Source: Mobula hypostoma
Taxonomy: Eukaryota
Direction of reading: 5' to 3'
NCBI RefSeq assembly: GCF_963921235.1
Contig: NC_086108.1
Span: 88,042,001-88,106,000, forward strand
Length of the DNA: 64,000 bases
A program made the translations under genes and the position numbers. The notes beneath the pieces were generated by a model. The model saw only the letters and a list, made by a program, of their open reading frames with translations, did no database searches and had not been told where the DNA came from. This document shows positions 1 to 12,720 of this stretch, piece by piece (position 1 is the stretch's first letter; each line of letters opens with the position of its first letter).

Positions 1-2960
1 ATTTACTCAGATATATCTGTCACGATGGCACCTACTGAGTTCAGGCAACGTCAGGTCGGGGATCCTGATGATCCGAGCCAGCCACTGATGCCGATTAGGA
101 CTATTCATAAGCCCTTCACCCCCGGGGAGAAATAGAGCATTTGTCAGAGTTGCCCTCACTTAAAGTTGCATGTGGGAGTTCGGAATTCTGGCCCAAGCTC
201 GAGGAAATGGTTGAAATTCACCAGATGCACCCTAAAGATATAAATGTGTTGATAAAAGCAAAGTGCCCGAGGAATATGTGGGACAGGATGGCCCAAGGGG
301 TGCGGGATGGTACACAGGCAACTACTGGGAACACCAGCAATGAAGAAAGATATCTCTCTCTTAAAGGGGAAGTGAGGCAGGGACTTAGTGGGGGCGGGGG
401 GAGAGCAACTGGGGAACGATAATAGCAGTGATTCAAAGAGCTGATGAGATAGCTATGGATTATCCAGAATGTAAATATCGGGCATATGAGGAGTATTGAG
501 GGTTAGGTAATCCAGGGAGGGACATCCCAGTCTTCCTGAAAATGCCAAAGGAAGGCTTGAGCTCAGCCCACTAGGAAGTTTTGGATTTAGGGATAGCAGT
601 GGGTTTGACCTACTCTGTGATAGTTTCATGGGCCAGTGAGATAGAACAAAGGAAGTGCAAGAGAAATAGTAAAGTGGCTATAGAAGATGCTGTTGCTGTG
701 ATGTCACAGAGGGTTTGCTTTGTGTGCCAGCAGCCGGGGCATGTAGCAAGGAATTGCTGGAATAAACGTGGGAGGATAAAGGAGCTGATATGCTATAGCT
801 GTGGCCTATCGGGGCATGGTTGGAGGCAGTGTCCAAAAACAAGGAAAGAAAAACCCCATCGGTGCCCAGTCTGATCAATCTGACTACTGATCAGATCACG
901 GAGCAGGTGAAGATGACTTCTTGGTCAGAAAAAGATGTGACAGTGGCCCCCACTACCAGCGCTGATGAACCGTGGATGTACACAACAGCATTGTTAGGGG
1001 GCCGGTAATGCGATATGTTAGTTGACATTGGCATTGGTACCGATAACTGACCTACCCTACCCAATAACTGGACGGGCTATTTATATTAAGGATGTAGGAG
1101 GAATAACGGTGAAAGCAGAAATAAGCCAATCGTAGATACTTGAAATTGGTGGGGTGCAGCTTCCAGTGTATTTCTGGGTCTATCCAAATAATGAGGGTAC
1201 TGTCCTTGAACTAACATACTAAAGGAAGCAGGGGCCATTATAGAATCTGAAAAGGGAGAAACAATATGGACAAGTCAGGGGCAGCAAATATGTACAACCG
1301 ACAGAGGACACAACATAGCCAGCGTAGCTGCACTGACAGCTGTTCACAAGTCAGTAACGATAGATACGGATGCTGGAATGAATCCCACAAGCTCCATCCT
1401 AACAGGGGGGGGAGGCACACGAGTGCCAGATGGAAGTAGAGCAGGAGGAAGATATCGGTGTGAAGGAAGCACTTCTGAAAGGGGAAGCAGAGGAATTTTT
1501 TATAGACGGGTCTCGGAGGTACATAGACAGGAAGCCATGGACTTGAAGGGCTGTGGTGAAGGAAACAGATGAAGAATTAGCTTTAGGAGCACTGCCAGAA
1601 GGTTGCTCAGCTCAGGTAGTGGAACTGGGATGAACAATGTGATTACCTTTTGGGGCAATTCTGGGTCGTAGTGAGTCCGGACTTATAGAACATAGAACAT
1701 AGAATAGTACAGCACAGTACAGGCCCTTTGGCCTCAATGTTGTGCCGACCCTCAAACCCTGCCTCCCATATCAGTCCTCACCTTAAATTCCTCCATATAC
1801 CTGTCTAGTAGTCTCTTAAACTTCACTAGTGTATCTGCCTCCACCACTGACTCAGGCAGTGCATTATAGGGACAGAATGACACAGTATGTGAAACAACTT
1901 TGTAACCAACGTAAAATGTTAAAGGACCGAGTAAAACAATAGCAGCACATTGCCGATCAGAGAGAGCCAGAGGGAAGGGAGATAGTCCTCCCACAGATGA
2001 ATAAATTCTGGTGAGAGTGCTGCTTGAAAGGGCATGGTTTGCTCCCAGATGGATAGGACAACAGATGGTACTTTTAACAAGTGACACTTGTGTCTGTGTG
2101 GAGATCTGGCGAGGCAGCCAGTGGAAACACTGGACGCAGGTTAAACTGTACAACTCACCTTCTTGTTGCTCCCCTCCCCACCCCAGTCAGAGCTGGGGAT
2201 CAAGTGTCCCCAATAACCATGTAATTACAGAGAACCTCAGAGACAAACACCAGCCGGCCACACCAGATGAAAACATACCTGCAGGAAAAGTGAAGGCAGA
2301 AGACACCAAGAGCATGACAGAAACCTGTGAACAGCTTGCTGAAGTGTGATGGCGATGGTACTCTGTAATGAACGCTGGCTGCTGAAGGTTTATGATTAGT
2401 TGAATAGCACAGAACAGAACAGATATTGGGGGAAATAGATGGGGAGGAATTAGGTGAAAGCAGAGACAGCAGGTTCCACAACTTTGATAGAATGGCAGAC
2501 TGAGAAAGATTGCACATGATATCTGAAGGCAATCACCCCCAGCCTGGATGGGGAGTGAATACAAATGAGCCTGGCCCTTTTGGCGGCTGGGTCCAGTAAT
2601 CGACTGGACAGTTCGGAAGGGGGTGCCACTGGGAAGAAGGTCCTTGCAGTAATTCAAATGGACACTGCCTCAGCTCCTTCTTGTGTATTGATGAGAGAGC
2701 CTGTGAGCCTGTTGCACTTACCTTGCTGGTGCCCCTGGAAAGAGAGAGTTTTAGTGGCCAGAGAATGAAGGAGTGAAGGCAAGGAATGTGATAAGCTGCA
2801 ATCGGCCTGCCGGGCAAGAGCCAATAGGCATACAAATGAGGCCGCATATCTAAAGACTGTTGTTCAAATTTCTGGAACAAACTCTCTGCTTAGCATTTTG
2901 TAGGTGGCAATTAGGAATGACAGAGTAAATGTAGATGCACATAAAGTAATTGGGTGGAAT
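1..2960 (+). mobile_element. Defective endogenous retrovirus, internal region, copy 1 (truncated by the window edge)
   Basis: Stop-riddled gag-like frame with two CX2CX4HX4C knuckles (716-757, 791-832); protease-like LVDIG (~1018-1032); tether end + RNase H-like FIDGS...LPEGCSAQVVEL (~1370-1630); integrase C-terminal-like PRWIG..MVLLTS...WKHWTQVK (~2000-2150). Confidence 0.85.
1686..1865 (-). mobile_element. CR1-like LINE 3' end nested in the ERV (also at ~5667-5846)
   Basis: (CATAGAA)n tail; minus-strand peptide NALPESVVEADTLVKFKRLLDRYM; same family as 56567-57095; ttatag on both sides. Confidence 0.8.
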
Positions 2961-3486
2961 TGTGAGGCAGGGCATTTTTGCTGCCCTGTTTGGGTAGATC
3001 CTCCTTAAGGTTGGTCTTTCTTGTTACAAATTAATTTTTGTCCAGGAGGACCAAGAAGAGGAACTGTTAGTGATTTTTGGGTTTAGCACATCTAGCAAAT
3101 GACTTCAGTCACCAATCTTCTTATCTGAAAATACTTACAGATTGTAGATTTAATTTAAAATGCAGCTCTGAACGATGGGTTCCTAAAAGCCTTGAATCAC
3201 AGACCAGACAATGCTGATTAAAATTCATCTAGATGTCTGTGGTGTCGATGCAAATCAGGAGGTGTGAAGATTGTGTGTAGTTTCAAAGAAAGCATTGTGG
3301 ATGTGTTGTAAATATGAAATCGTCCCTTGATGTTTGGCACATAAAATATCAAGCCCCATGTTAGGCCAGCCTGACCTTTCCACTGAAAGTGTCTTAATAT
3401 GATGCCTACAGTATCTCGTTTTGTCAAATAAACAGGCTGCTTCAAAGCTATCAGTACTTTTCTCTGGAGACTTTATTCATGCAACA
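2961..3486 (+). repeat. LTR shared between the two proviral copies (526 bp)
   Basis: TGT...ACA termini; preceded by purine-rich aaagtaattgggtggaat (PPT-like); AATAAA at ~3427; followed by tggtgtca (PBS-like start); repeated at 6942-7469. Confidence 0.82.
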
Positions 3487-6400
3487 AAATTTGGTGTCAC
3501 AACCCATTGTGTGGCCTGCAATCTTAGCAGTTTAAGTGGGTGAGTATTTTTAAAATGAACACTCAAACTTGTCTGTTCAGGTTGGCGGTACATGGGAATG
3601 CGAGGTTTCATGAACACAGACAGCTGAAATGGTAGATATCAAAGCAGTGCGTGCACATGCATGTGCTTTTATGTAAGAGACAAAACTTTGCGTGTAAATT
3701 GGTGAGACAGAGCCACCAGTTGCAGAGGATGATTATTGGGGCGTGTACACTCATTGCGAGGGCTGCATTTTAGCATACACATTTTGCAAGTGTGTGTGCC
3801 CCTGGTGCAACAGTTGGAAGCAAGGGATTACAGCAGGCATCATGAGTTCAGGCGTACAAAAGTGGCAGATTACAGAATACCTACTCTGCGGTTCTAAGTA
3901 TGTACTGTTTAACTGGTTCATTTATATTTTGCCTAGTGTGGGAATTAGCGTGGAGACACTTCAGGGAGAGGATTTACTCAGATATATCTGTCACGATGGC
4001 ACCTACTGAGTTCAGGCAACGTCAGGTCGGGGATCCTGATGATCCGAGCCAGCCACTGATGCCGATTAGGACTATTCATAAGCCCTTCACCCCCGGGGAG
4101 AAATAGAGCATTTGTCAGAGTTGCCCTCACTTAAAGTTGCATGTGGGAGTTCGGAATTCTGGCCCAAGCTCGAGGAAATGGTTGAAATTCACCAGATGCA
4201 CCCTAAAGATATAAATGTGTTGATAAAAGCAAAGTGCCCGAGGAATATGTGGGACAGGATGGCCCAAGGGGTGCGGGATGGTACACAGGCAACTACTGGG
4301 AACACCAGCAATGAAGAAAGATATCTCTCTCTTAAAGGGGAAGTGAGGCAGGGACTTAGTGGGGGCGGGGGGAGAGCAACTGGGGAACGATAATAGCAGT
4401 GATTCAAAGAGCTGATGAGATAGCTATGGATTATCCAGAATGTAAATATCGGGCATATGAGGAGTATTGAGGGTTAGGTAATCCAGGGAGGGACATCTCA
4501 GTCTTCCTGAAAATGCCAAAGGAAGGCTTGAGCTCAGCCCACTAGGAAGTTTTGGATTTAGGGATAGCAGTGGGTTTGACCTACTCTGTGATAGTTTCAT
4601 GGGCCAGTGAGATAGAACAAAGGAAGTGCAAGAGAAATAGTAAAGTGGCTATAGAAGATGCTGTTGCTGTGATGTCACAGAGGGTTTGCTTTGTGTGCCA
4701 GCAGCCGGGGCATGTAGCAAGGAATTGCTGGAATAAACGTGGGAGGATAAAGGAGCTGATATGCTATAGCTGTGGCCTATCGGGGCATGGTTGGAGGCAG
4801 TGTCCAAAAACAAGGAAAGAAAAACCCCATCGGTGCCCAGTCTGATCAATCTGACTACTGATCAGATCACGGAGCAGGTGAAGATGACTTCTTGGTCAGA
4901 AAAAGATGTGACAGTGGCCCCCACTACCAGCGCTGATGAACCGTGGATGTACACAACAGCATTGTTAGGGGGCCGGTAATGCGATATGTTAGTTGACATT
5001 GGCATTGGTACCGATAAATGACCTACCCTACCCAATAACTGGACGGGCTATTTATATTAAGGATGTAGGAGGAATAACGGTGAAAGCAGAAATAAGCCAA
5101 TCGTAGATACTTGAAATTGGTGGGGTGCAGCTTCCAGTGTATTTCTGGGTCTATCCAAATAATGAGGGTACTGTCCTTGAACTAACATACTAAAGGAAGC
5201 AGGGGCCATTATAGAATCTGAAAAGGGAGAAACAATATGGACAAGTCAGGGGCAGCAAATATGTACAACTGACAGAGGACACAACATAGCCAGCGTAGCT
5301 GCACTGACAGCTGTTCACAAGTCAGTAACGATAGATACGGATGCTGGAATGAATCCCACAAGCTCCATCCTAACGGGGGGGGGGGGGGGGAGGAGGCACA
5401 CGAGTGCCAGATGGAAGTAGAGCAGGAGGAAGATATCGGTGTGAAGGAAGCACTTCTGAAAGGGGAAGCAGAGGAATTTTTTATAGACGGGTCTCGGAGG
5501 TACATAGACAGGAAGCCATGGACTTGAAGGGCTGTGGTGAAGGAAACAGATGAAGAATTAGCTTTAGGAGCACTGCCAGAAGGTTGCTCAGCTCAGGTAG
5601 TGGAACTGGGATGAACAATGTGATTACCTTTTGGGGCAATTCTGGGTTGTAGTGAGTCCGGACTTATAGAACATAGAACATAGAATAGTACAGCACAGTA
5701 CAGGCCCTTTGGCCCCAATGTTGTGCCGACCCTCAAACCCTGCCTCCCATATCAGCCCTCACCTTAAATTCCTCCATATACCTGTCTAGTAGTCTCTTAA
5801 ACTTCACTAGTGTATCTGCCTCCACCACTGACTCAGGCAGTGCATTATAGGGACAGAATGACACAGTATGTGAAACAACTTTGTAACCAACGTAAAATGT
5901 TAAAGGACCGAGTAAAACAATAGCAGCACATTGCCGATCAGAGAGAGCCAGAGGGAAAGGAGATAGTCCTCCCACAGCTGAATAAATTCTGGTGAGAGTG
6001 CTGCTTGAAAGGGCATGGTTTGCTCCCAGATGGATAGGACAACAGATGGTACTTTTAACAAGTGACACTTGTGTCTGTGTGGAGATCTGGCGAGGCAGCC
6101 AGTGGAAACACTGGACGCAGGTTAAACTGTACAACTCACCTTCTTGTTGCTCCCCTCCCCACCCCAGTCAGAGCTGGGGATCAAGTGTCCCCAATAACCA
6201 TGTAATTACAGAGAACCTCAGAGACAAACACCAGCCGGCCACACCAGATGAAAACATACCTGCAGGAAAAGTGAAGGCAGAAGACACCAAGAGCATGACA
6301 GAAACCTGTGAACAGCTTGCTGAAGTGTGATGGCGATGGTACTCTGTAATGAACGCTGGCTGCTGAAGGTTTATGATTAGTTGAATAGCACAGAACAGAA

Positions 6401-6941
6401 CAGATATTGGGGGAAATAGATGGGGAGGAATTAGGTGAAAGCAGAGACAGCAGGTTCCACAACTTTGATAGAATGGCAGACTGAGAAAGATTGCACATGA
6501 TATCTGAAGGCAATCACCCCCAGCCTGGATGGGGAGTGAATACAAATGAGCCTGGCCCTTTCGGCGGCTGGGTCCAGTAATCGACTGGACAGTTCGGAAG
6601 GGGGTGCCACTGGGAAGAAGGTCCTTGCAGTAATTCAAATGGACACTGCCCCAGCTCCTTCTTGTGTATTGATGAGAGAGCCTGTGAGCCTGTTGCACTT
6701 ACCTTGCTGGTGCCCCTGGAAAGAGAGAGTTTTAGTGGCCAGAGAATGAAGGAGTGAAGGCAAGGAATGTGATAAGCTGCAATCGGCCTGCCGGGCAAGA
6801 GCCAATAGGCATACAAATGAGGCCGCATATCTAAAGACTGTTGTTCAAATTTCTGGAACAAACTCTCTGCTTAGCATTTTGTAGGTGGCAATTAGGAATG
6901 ACAGAGTAAATGTAGATGCACATAAAGTAATTGGGTGGAAT
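3487..6941 (+). mobile_element. Defective endogenous retrovirus, internal region, copy 2 (complete between LTRs)
   Basis: Near-identical to copy 1 at an offset of 3971 bp (3981 after a longer G tract at ~5374-5396); same gag/pro/RNase H/IN remnants and same inactivating stops. Confidence 0.87.
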
Positions 6942-7469
6942 TGTGAGGCAGGGCATTTTTGCTGCCCTGTTTGGGTAGATCCTCCTTAAGGTTGGTCTTT
7001 CTTGTTACAAATTAATTTTTGTCCAGGAGGACCAAGAAGAGGAACTGTTAGAGTGATTTTTGGGTTTAGCACATCTAGCAAATGACTTCAGTCACCAATC
7101 TTCTTATCTGAAAATACTTACAGATTGTAGATTTAATTTAAAATGCAGCTCTGAACGATGGGTTCCTAAAAGCCTTGAATCACAGACCAGACAATGCTGA
7201 TTAAAATTCATCTAGATGTCTGTGGTGTCGATGCAAATCAGGAGGTGTGAAGATTGTGTGTAGTTTCAAAGAAAGCATTGTGGATGTGTTGTAAATATGA
7301 AATCGTCCCTTGATGTTTGGCACATAAAATATCAAGCCCCATGTTAGGCCAGCCTGACCTTTCCACTGAAAGTGTCTTAATATGATCCCCACTGTATCTT
7401 GCTTTGTCAAATAAAGAGGCTACTTCAAAACTATCAGTACTTTTCTCCAGTGACTTCATTCATGCAACA
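6942..7469 (+). repeat. 3' LTR (528 bp)
   Basis: TGT...ACA termini; similarity to 2961-3486 ends at gcaacaa, followed by unrelated flank. Confidence 0.82.
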
Positions 7470-7561
7470 ACACTTGGGATTAAAGTATATTTGTTTTTAT
7501 CACTGTAATCTTTAGCACAATAATGGAGAGAAATTCAATTTTAAAATCCCATTTAATGTGA

Positions 7562-8224
7562 GAAGATGGTGGTGTGACGGCAGTGCGCGCGGCCTCTCCG
7601 GTGATGAATATCTGTTATCTGTCAAGTAGGGGACCGTGCACAATCCTGATCTGATGGAGACAGACGTGAGAGTATGGAGGAACATCTGGAAAACTTCTGA
7701 AATGCCTGCTTCACTGCCGCTGCTACTGTGTGGTAACCGGAATCTCCAGAGCAGAAGGGCCTGAATCCTCAGCTTTTGCTTGTTTCAGCAGCCGGGGATA
7801 GGTCGACGGTGCTTGGCAGAGGATGGCGCTCCGGAGGCTGTAACGGAGGGTCTGGTCGGAGTCTCGAAGGTTTCGGATGGATGGACTCAGTGTCGGCTGT
7901 GGTCGGCTGCTTCCAAGGTATCGGCAAGTTGACGGTGCCTGGAGGTTTATGGCAGGGAGTTTCTCCCTTTTGCCGCCTGCTATCGGGGACTCGGGACTTT
8001 GAGACTTTTTTTTTACTCTGCCCATGGTTTGTTCTTCATCAAATTATGGTATTGCTTTGCACTGCTGTAACTATATGTTATAATTATGTGGTTCTGTCAG
8101 TGTTAGTCTTTGGTTTGTCCTGTTTTCTGTGATATCACTCCGGAGAAACATTGTGTCATTTTTTAATGCATGTATGCATTTCTAAATGACAATAAAAGAG
8201 GACTGAGTGTTCTCATAATCTAAT
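7562..8224 (+). mobile_element. Non-coding ~660 bp interspersed repeat (probable non-autonomous LINE partner)
   Basis: A 5'-truncated, highly similar copy lies at ~46316-46748; both end gacaataaa..gaggactgagtgt..tcataatctaat. Confidence 0.7.
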
Positions 8225-8799
8225 ACGGTGTTATGTTTTACAATTTCATTGCTTCAAGTTTAGTAAAATATCGACCAATGTAATACAGATGTTAATAATG
8301 TTTTGAAACATTAATATTAAATTCTATAAAACCTTGTTTATCAGATGAACATCAATATGCAATTAATATTGATGAACTAGTTGAACTCCCCACTCCAACA
8401 CTCTTCATGAGAATGGAAGAAAATAGGAAAAGGCACAGGTCACCTGTGGATGGCCTGTTCCTGTGCTGTACTGTTCTATGTTTTGTGTTTTACACCTGTT
8501 TTAACCATAAAAAGGAATAGGAAATTATGAAACTAATGTTATGCAGTCATCTTAAATAGCAAGAACTCAAAATTGTTAGTGTTCTGGTTGAGGGAACAAT
8601 GTTTACCAGAAAAGCAACAGAATTCTCTGCTTTTATTTGCTTTCCTAACATTATCACCTGGCTGACAAGAACAAGCACAAATCATCTCAATGCAGTTTCC
8701 TTCAGAAGATCTTTGAAGCGTCAGCTTTGAGAATGTTGTTAATTAAAGATAGTAGAATCATATACTATAGTGAGGGAAAAATAAGCACATCTCACTTCA

Positions 8800-8940
<141 letters not shown>

Positions 8941-9019
8941 TCAAACTTGAAATCTGAAGCAACATACAGGCTTCGAAATTCAAATCACAGTGGGTCAAAA
9001 CTCAGGAATGAAACAAACT

Positions 9020-11578
9020 GCAGCACCAAGGTCCCAACACACTCAGCCACTACTATACTACAATAAGGATTGCCTACCATTCCATGCCTAGACCGCTTTT
9101 TGAGAAATCTGATCACTTGGCTGTCCTTCTCTCTTACGCAAGGCAGAGTAGTGGCTACAGGTTTGCTTTGAGTCAGTGGACTGTACTGTGTTCAAGGGTT
9201 CATCAGAGGATTTAAATGAATATACCACAGTTGTCACGGACTTTATAAAAGCAGTCATAGACAAGTTTGTGTCCACAAAATCATCAATCTTCTCCAACCA
9301 GAGGCCTGAATGAACCAGGAAATGCACAATCGGCTAAGGGCCAGATCAGTCACGTTTAGGTCTGGTGACCAAGATACAAAAGGTCCAGGTACAATCACTG
9401 GAAAGCCATCTCACATGCAAAGTGGCAACTCCGGACCAAACTTGAATCTCTGAGGGATGCTCACCAGCTATGGCAGGGCTGGAACGCTATTACCTTTTAC
9501 CAAGTGAAACTCTTTCAAAGTGAACCCACGGAAAGCATCCGGCACCGATGGGATACCTGGCTTACTGCTGAAGACCAGTGCTGATCAACAGGCTGGAGGG
9601 TTCACCGTTATCTTTAACCTCCCTCTTCAGCAGCCTGAGGTATCCACCTGCATCAAGCAGATTTCGATTATACTGGTGCCCAAGAAGAATATGGTAAGTT
9701 GCCTCAGTGACCATTTTCCAGTAGCACTTACATCCACCTTGATAAAGTGCTTTGAGAGGTTGGTGATGAAATATATTATCTCCTCCCTGAGAAGTGACTC
9801 AGATCCACTCCAATTTGCCAACAAGCACAACAGATCCATAACAAATGCCATTTCATTGGCTATTCGCTTGATCCTGGATTATCTAGATAGCAAAGAAAAT
9901 ACTTCCAGGATGGAATGGCTTGTGATATGAAGAGCGTTTGTTGGCTCTGGTCCTGAATTCACTAGAATCCAGAAGAATGATGGGTGACCTCATTGAAACC
10001 TATCAAATTGTGAAAGGCCTTGATAGAGTAGATATGGAAAGGATGTTTCCTGTGGTAGGAGAGTCTAAGACCAGAGGACACAGTCTCAAAATAGGAGAGC
10101 AGCCTTTTAGAACGGAGATGAGGAGGAGTTTCTTTAGCCAGAGAGTGGTGATCCTGTGGAATTCTTTGCCACAAGCAGCTGTCTTTACGTCTATTTAAGG
10201 CACAGGTTATAGATTCTTGATTGGTCAGGGCATGAAGCAATATGGGGAGAAAGCAGGAGATTGGGGCTGAGAGGAAAGTTAGTTCAGCCATGATGAAATG
10301 GCAGGACAGATTTGATGGGCCAAATGGCCTAATTCAGCTCCTATACTATATCTTATGGTCAAAGATGCATACATCAGGATGCAGTTTATTGACCATAGCT
10401 CAGCATTCAATACTATCATCCCCTCAAAACCAATCAATAAGCTTCAATATCTTGGCCTCAATACCTCCTTGTGCAATTGGATCGTCGATTTCTTCACTTG
10501 CAGACCCCAGTCAGTTTAGAATGGCATCTCCTCCACGATCTCCATCCGCACAGATGCCTCACAAGGCTGTGTGCTTAGTTTTATACTCTAGTCGCTTTGC
10601 TCTTATGACCATGAGACCAAGCACGACTCCCATGCCACATTCAAGTTTGCTTTCACCACTGTCACTGGCCAAATCAAAGGTGGTGATGAATCAGCATATA
10701 GGGAGCTTGACTCAAAATCTGCCTGAGTCGTGCCGCAACAACAACCTCTCAGTCAACGTCAGCAAGACTCAGGAGCTGATTATTTGGGAGGAGGAAACTG
10801 GAGGTCTATGAGCCAGTCCTTATTGGGGAATCAGAGGTGGAGAAGGTCAATAACTTTAAATTCCTCAGTGTTATAACTTCAGAGGACTTGTACTGGGTCC
10901 AGCACGCAAGTGCCGTTATGAATAAAGCACGGCATCACTTCTACTTCCTTCGACATTCGTGAAGATTGGGCATGTCATCTAACACTTTGACAAACTTTAA
11001 TAGATCTCTGGTGGAGAGTATACTGACCAGCTGTATCACAGCCTGGAATGGAAAATCCTACACAAAGTTTTGGACATGGCCCAGTCCATTGCCGATAAAG
11101 CCCTTCTGACCATTAAGCACATCTACACGGAGCACTGTCACAGGGAAGCAGCATCCATGACCAAGAACCATCACCACCCAGACCATGCAGCCATCAGGAA
11201 GAAGATACAGGGCCTGAGGACTCACACCACCAGGTTCTGGAACAGTTATTACCCCTCAACCATCACGCTCTTGAACCATTGGGGATAACTTCATTTGCTC
11301 TATCACTGAACGGTTCTCACAAACTATGGACTCACTTTCAAGGACTCTTTGATACTTATTGTTTATTTATTTACTATTATTGTTTTATTTTTAAAAAATT
11401 TTGTATTTGTACAGTTTGTTGTCTTTTGCACATGGGTTGTTTGTCTTGTTGGGTGCAGTCTTTCATTAAATCTATTTTGTTTCTTGGATTTACTGTAAAT
11501 GTCTGCAAGAAAATGAATGTCAGGATTGTATATGGTGACATGAATGTACTTTGATAATAAATTTATTTTGAACTTTGA
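9020..11578 (+). mobile_element. Degenerate Rex1/Babar-like LINE with RT remnant, interrupted by a CR1 fragment
   Basis: KASGTDGIPG..LKTSADQ.AG.FT.IFN...ILVPKK...PVALTS..IKCFERLV; 3' tail gataataaattta.tttgaactttga shared with several other copies. Confidence 0.85.
9897..10359 (+). mobile_element. CR1-like LINE 3' fragment nested in the Rex1-like LINE
   Basis: RRMMGDLIETYQIVKGLDRVD...TRGHSLK...FFSQRVV..WNSLP; caaaga duplicated at 9891-9896 and 10360-10365. Confidence 0.85.
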
Positions 11579-12720
11579 AAGAGCAGTTAATGAACAAGGA
11601 TTAAAATGGCCAATTCAAGCAAAAGCTCAGCATTAAGCTTGCAGGCTGAATGAGTCATTCTGCAGAGCCATAATCATCTGCTTCCCTTGGGTCTTCCCAG
11701 CATAATCCTTTTCCTCTTTTGTGATAGGGTTCACTTTTGTCCTCATCTTCCATTCCACCAGCCAATCACCTTTTTATATTAGTGCCCCTTCAATCAGTCT
11801 CCTGTGCTGTTTATATTTATTCATTTTCATCTCCTATCTTTTGTGCCTTTAGACTTGCATAGAACTTGTAAGCTCTAATTTTATCTGGTTGTGGCAGAAG
11901 GTTATTGATGTATTAACTTTCTTTATAGTTGCTGTCTGATGTGCTGAGTATTTCCAATATTTTCTACGCCCCTTCACACAGCAAACTACAAACCCATGGT
12001 TACATGCCCAACACAGCAAAGTCTTTTTCATCCAGTGGTCTACCATGACACATAATAAATCAGCTAACGGCGATGCTCTATCCACTTTGCTTTTAAACAC
12101 ATGCTCACATTTTCAAACCTACATCAACTCAATATGCAAAGACCAGACTTTGTAGTTAACTGCAGGCATTCACAAGCACACCCAAATAGCTTCTGCACAT
12201 AATACTGGTGCACATGGACCACGTATCCAGAACATAGTATCTTACCATATAGATGTATGTAAACCTATAGAAAGCAAACACATGCCATACAAAGTCATGC
12301 AAAGTATATAAATTGGATGGCTCCAATAGAGGCATGTGGAGGAATTTAAATTTGGCTCTTTATAGACACCCACTTAACACAAATGTCTCCATATATTCTA
12401 AACAATTACTGGGGAGGAACTGGGTGGGGATATGCTTCTACTTGTCTCATAAAGTCTTCTACTTCCTTTTCAAACATGCGAGCCAAAGTGCATGACTAAC
12501 TCTCACCCGCTGATTGAAATGTGGGCTGCCTTGCACAACTCTGGATGAGGGATTGTTGCTCTACCTGACACATTTGGGATTGGGGAGCACGGGCAGGAAG
12601 CAGCCATCTATAAGTGGGAAGAGGAGAGAAATTACTTCACCTAGATGTTTGTAATCCTTTAGAATTTGGTCTGTGGAGCTCTCTCCCTCAAAAACCAACT
12701 GGAACCAGAGTCTTTGAATA

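Noticed and set aside
581..874. Cellular zinc-knuckle gene (CNBP/ZCCHC-like)
   Set aside because: It sits between gag-like and protease-like remnants inside an LTR-bounded unit, with no ATG start or splice structure
840..880. Programmed -1 frameshift at the gag-pro junction
   Set aside because: The frames overlap near gaaaaacccc, but there is no clean X XXY YYZ heptamer and the element has many decay frameshifts
3492..3510. Assigning the PBS to a specific tRNA
   Set aside because: Only tggtgtca resembles a tRNA-Leu-type PBS; the rest does not match well enough
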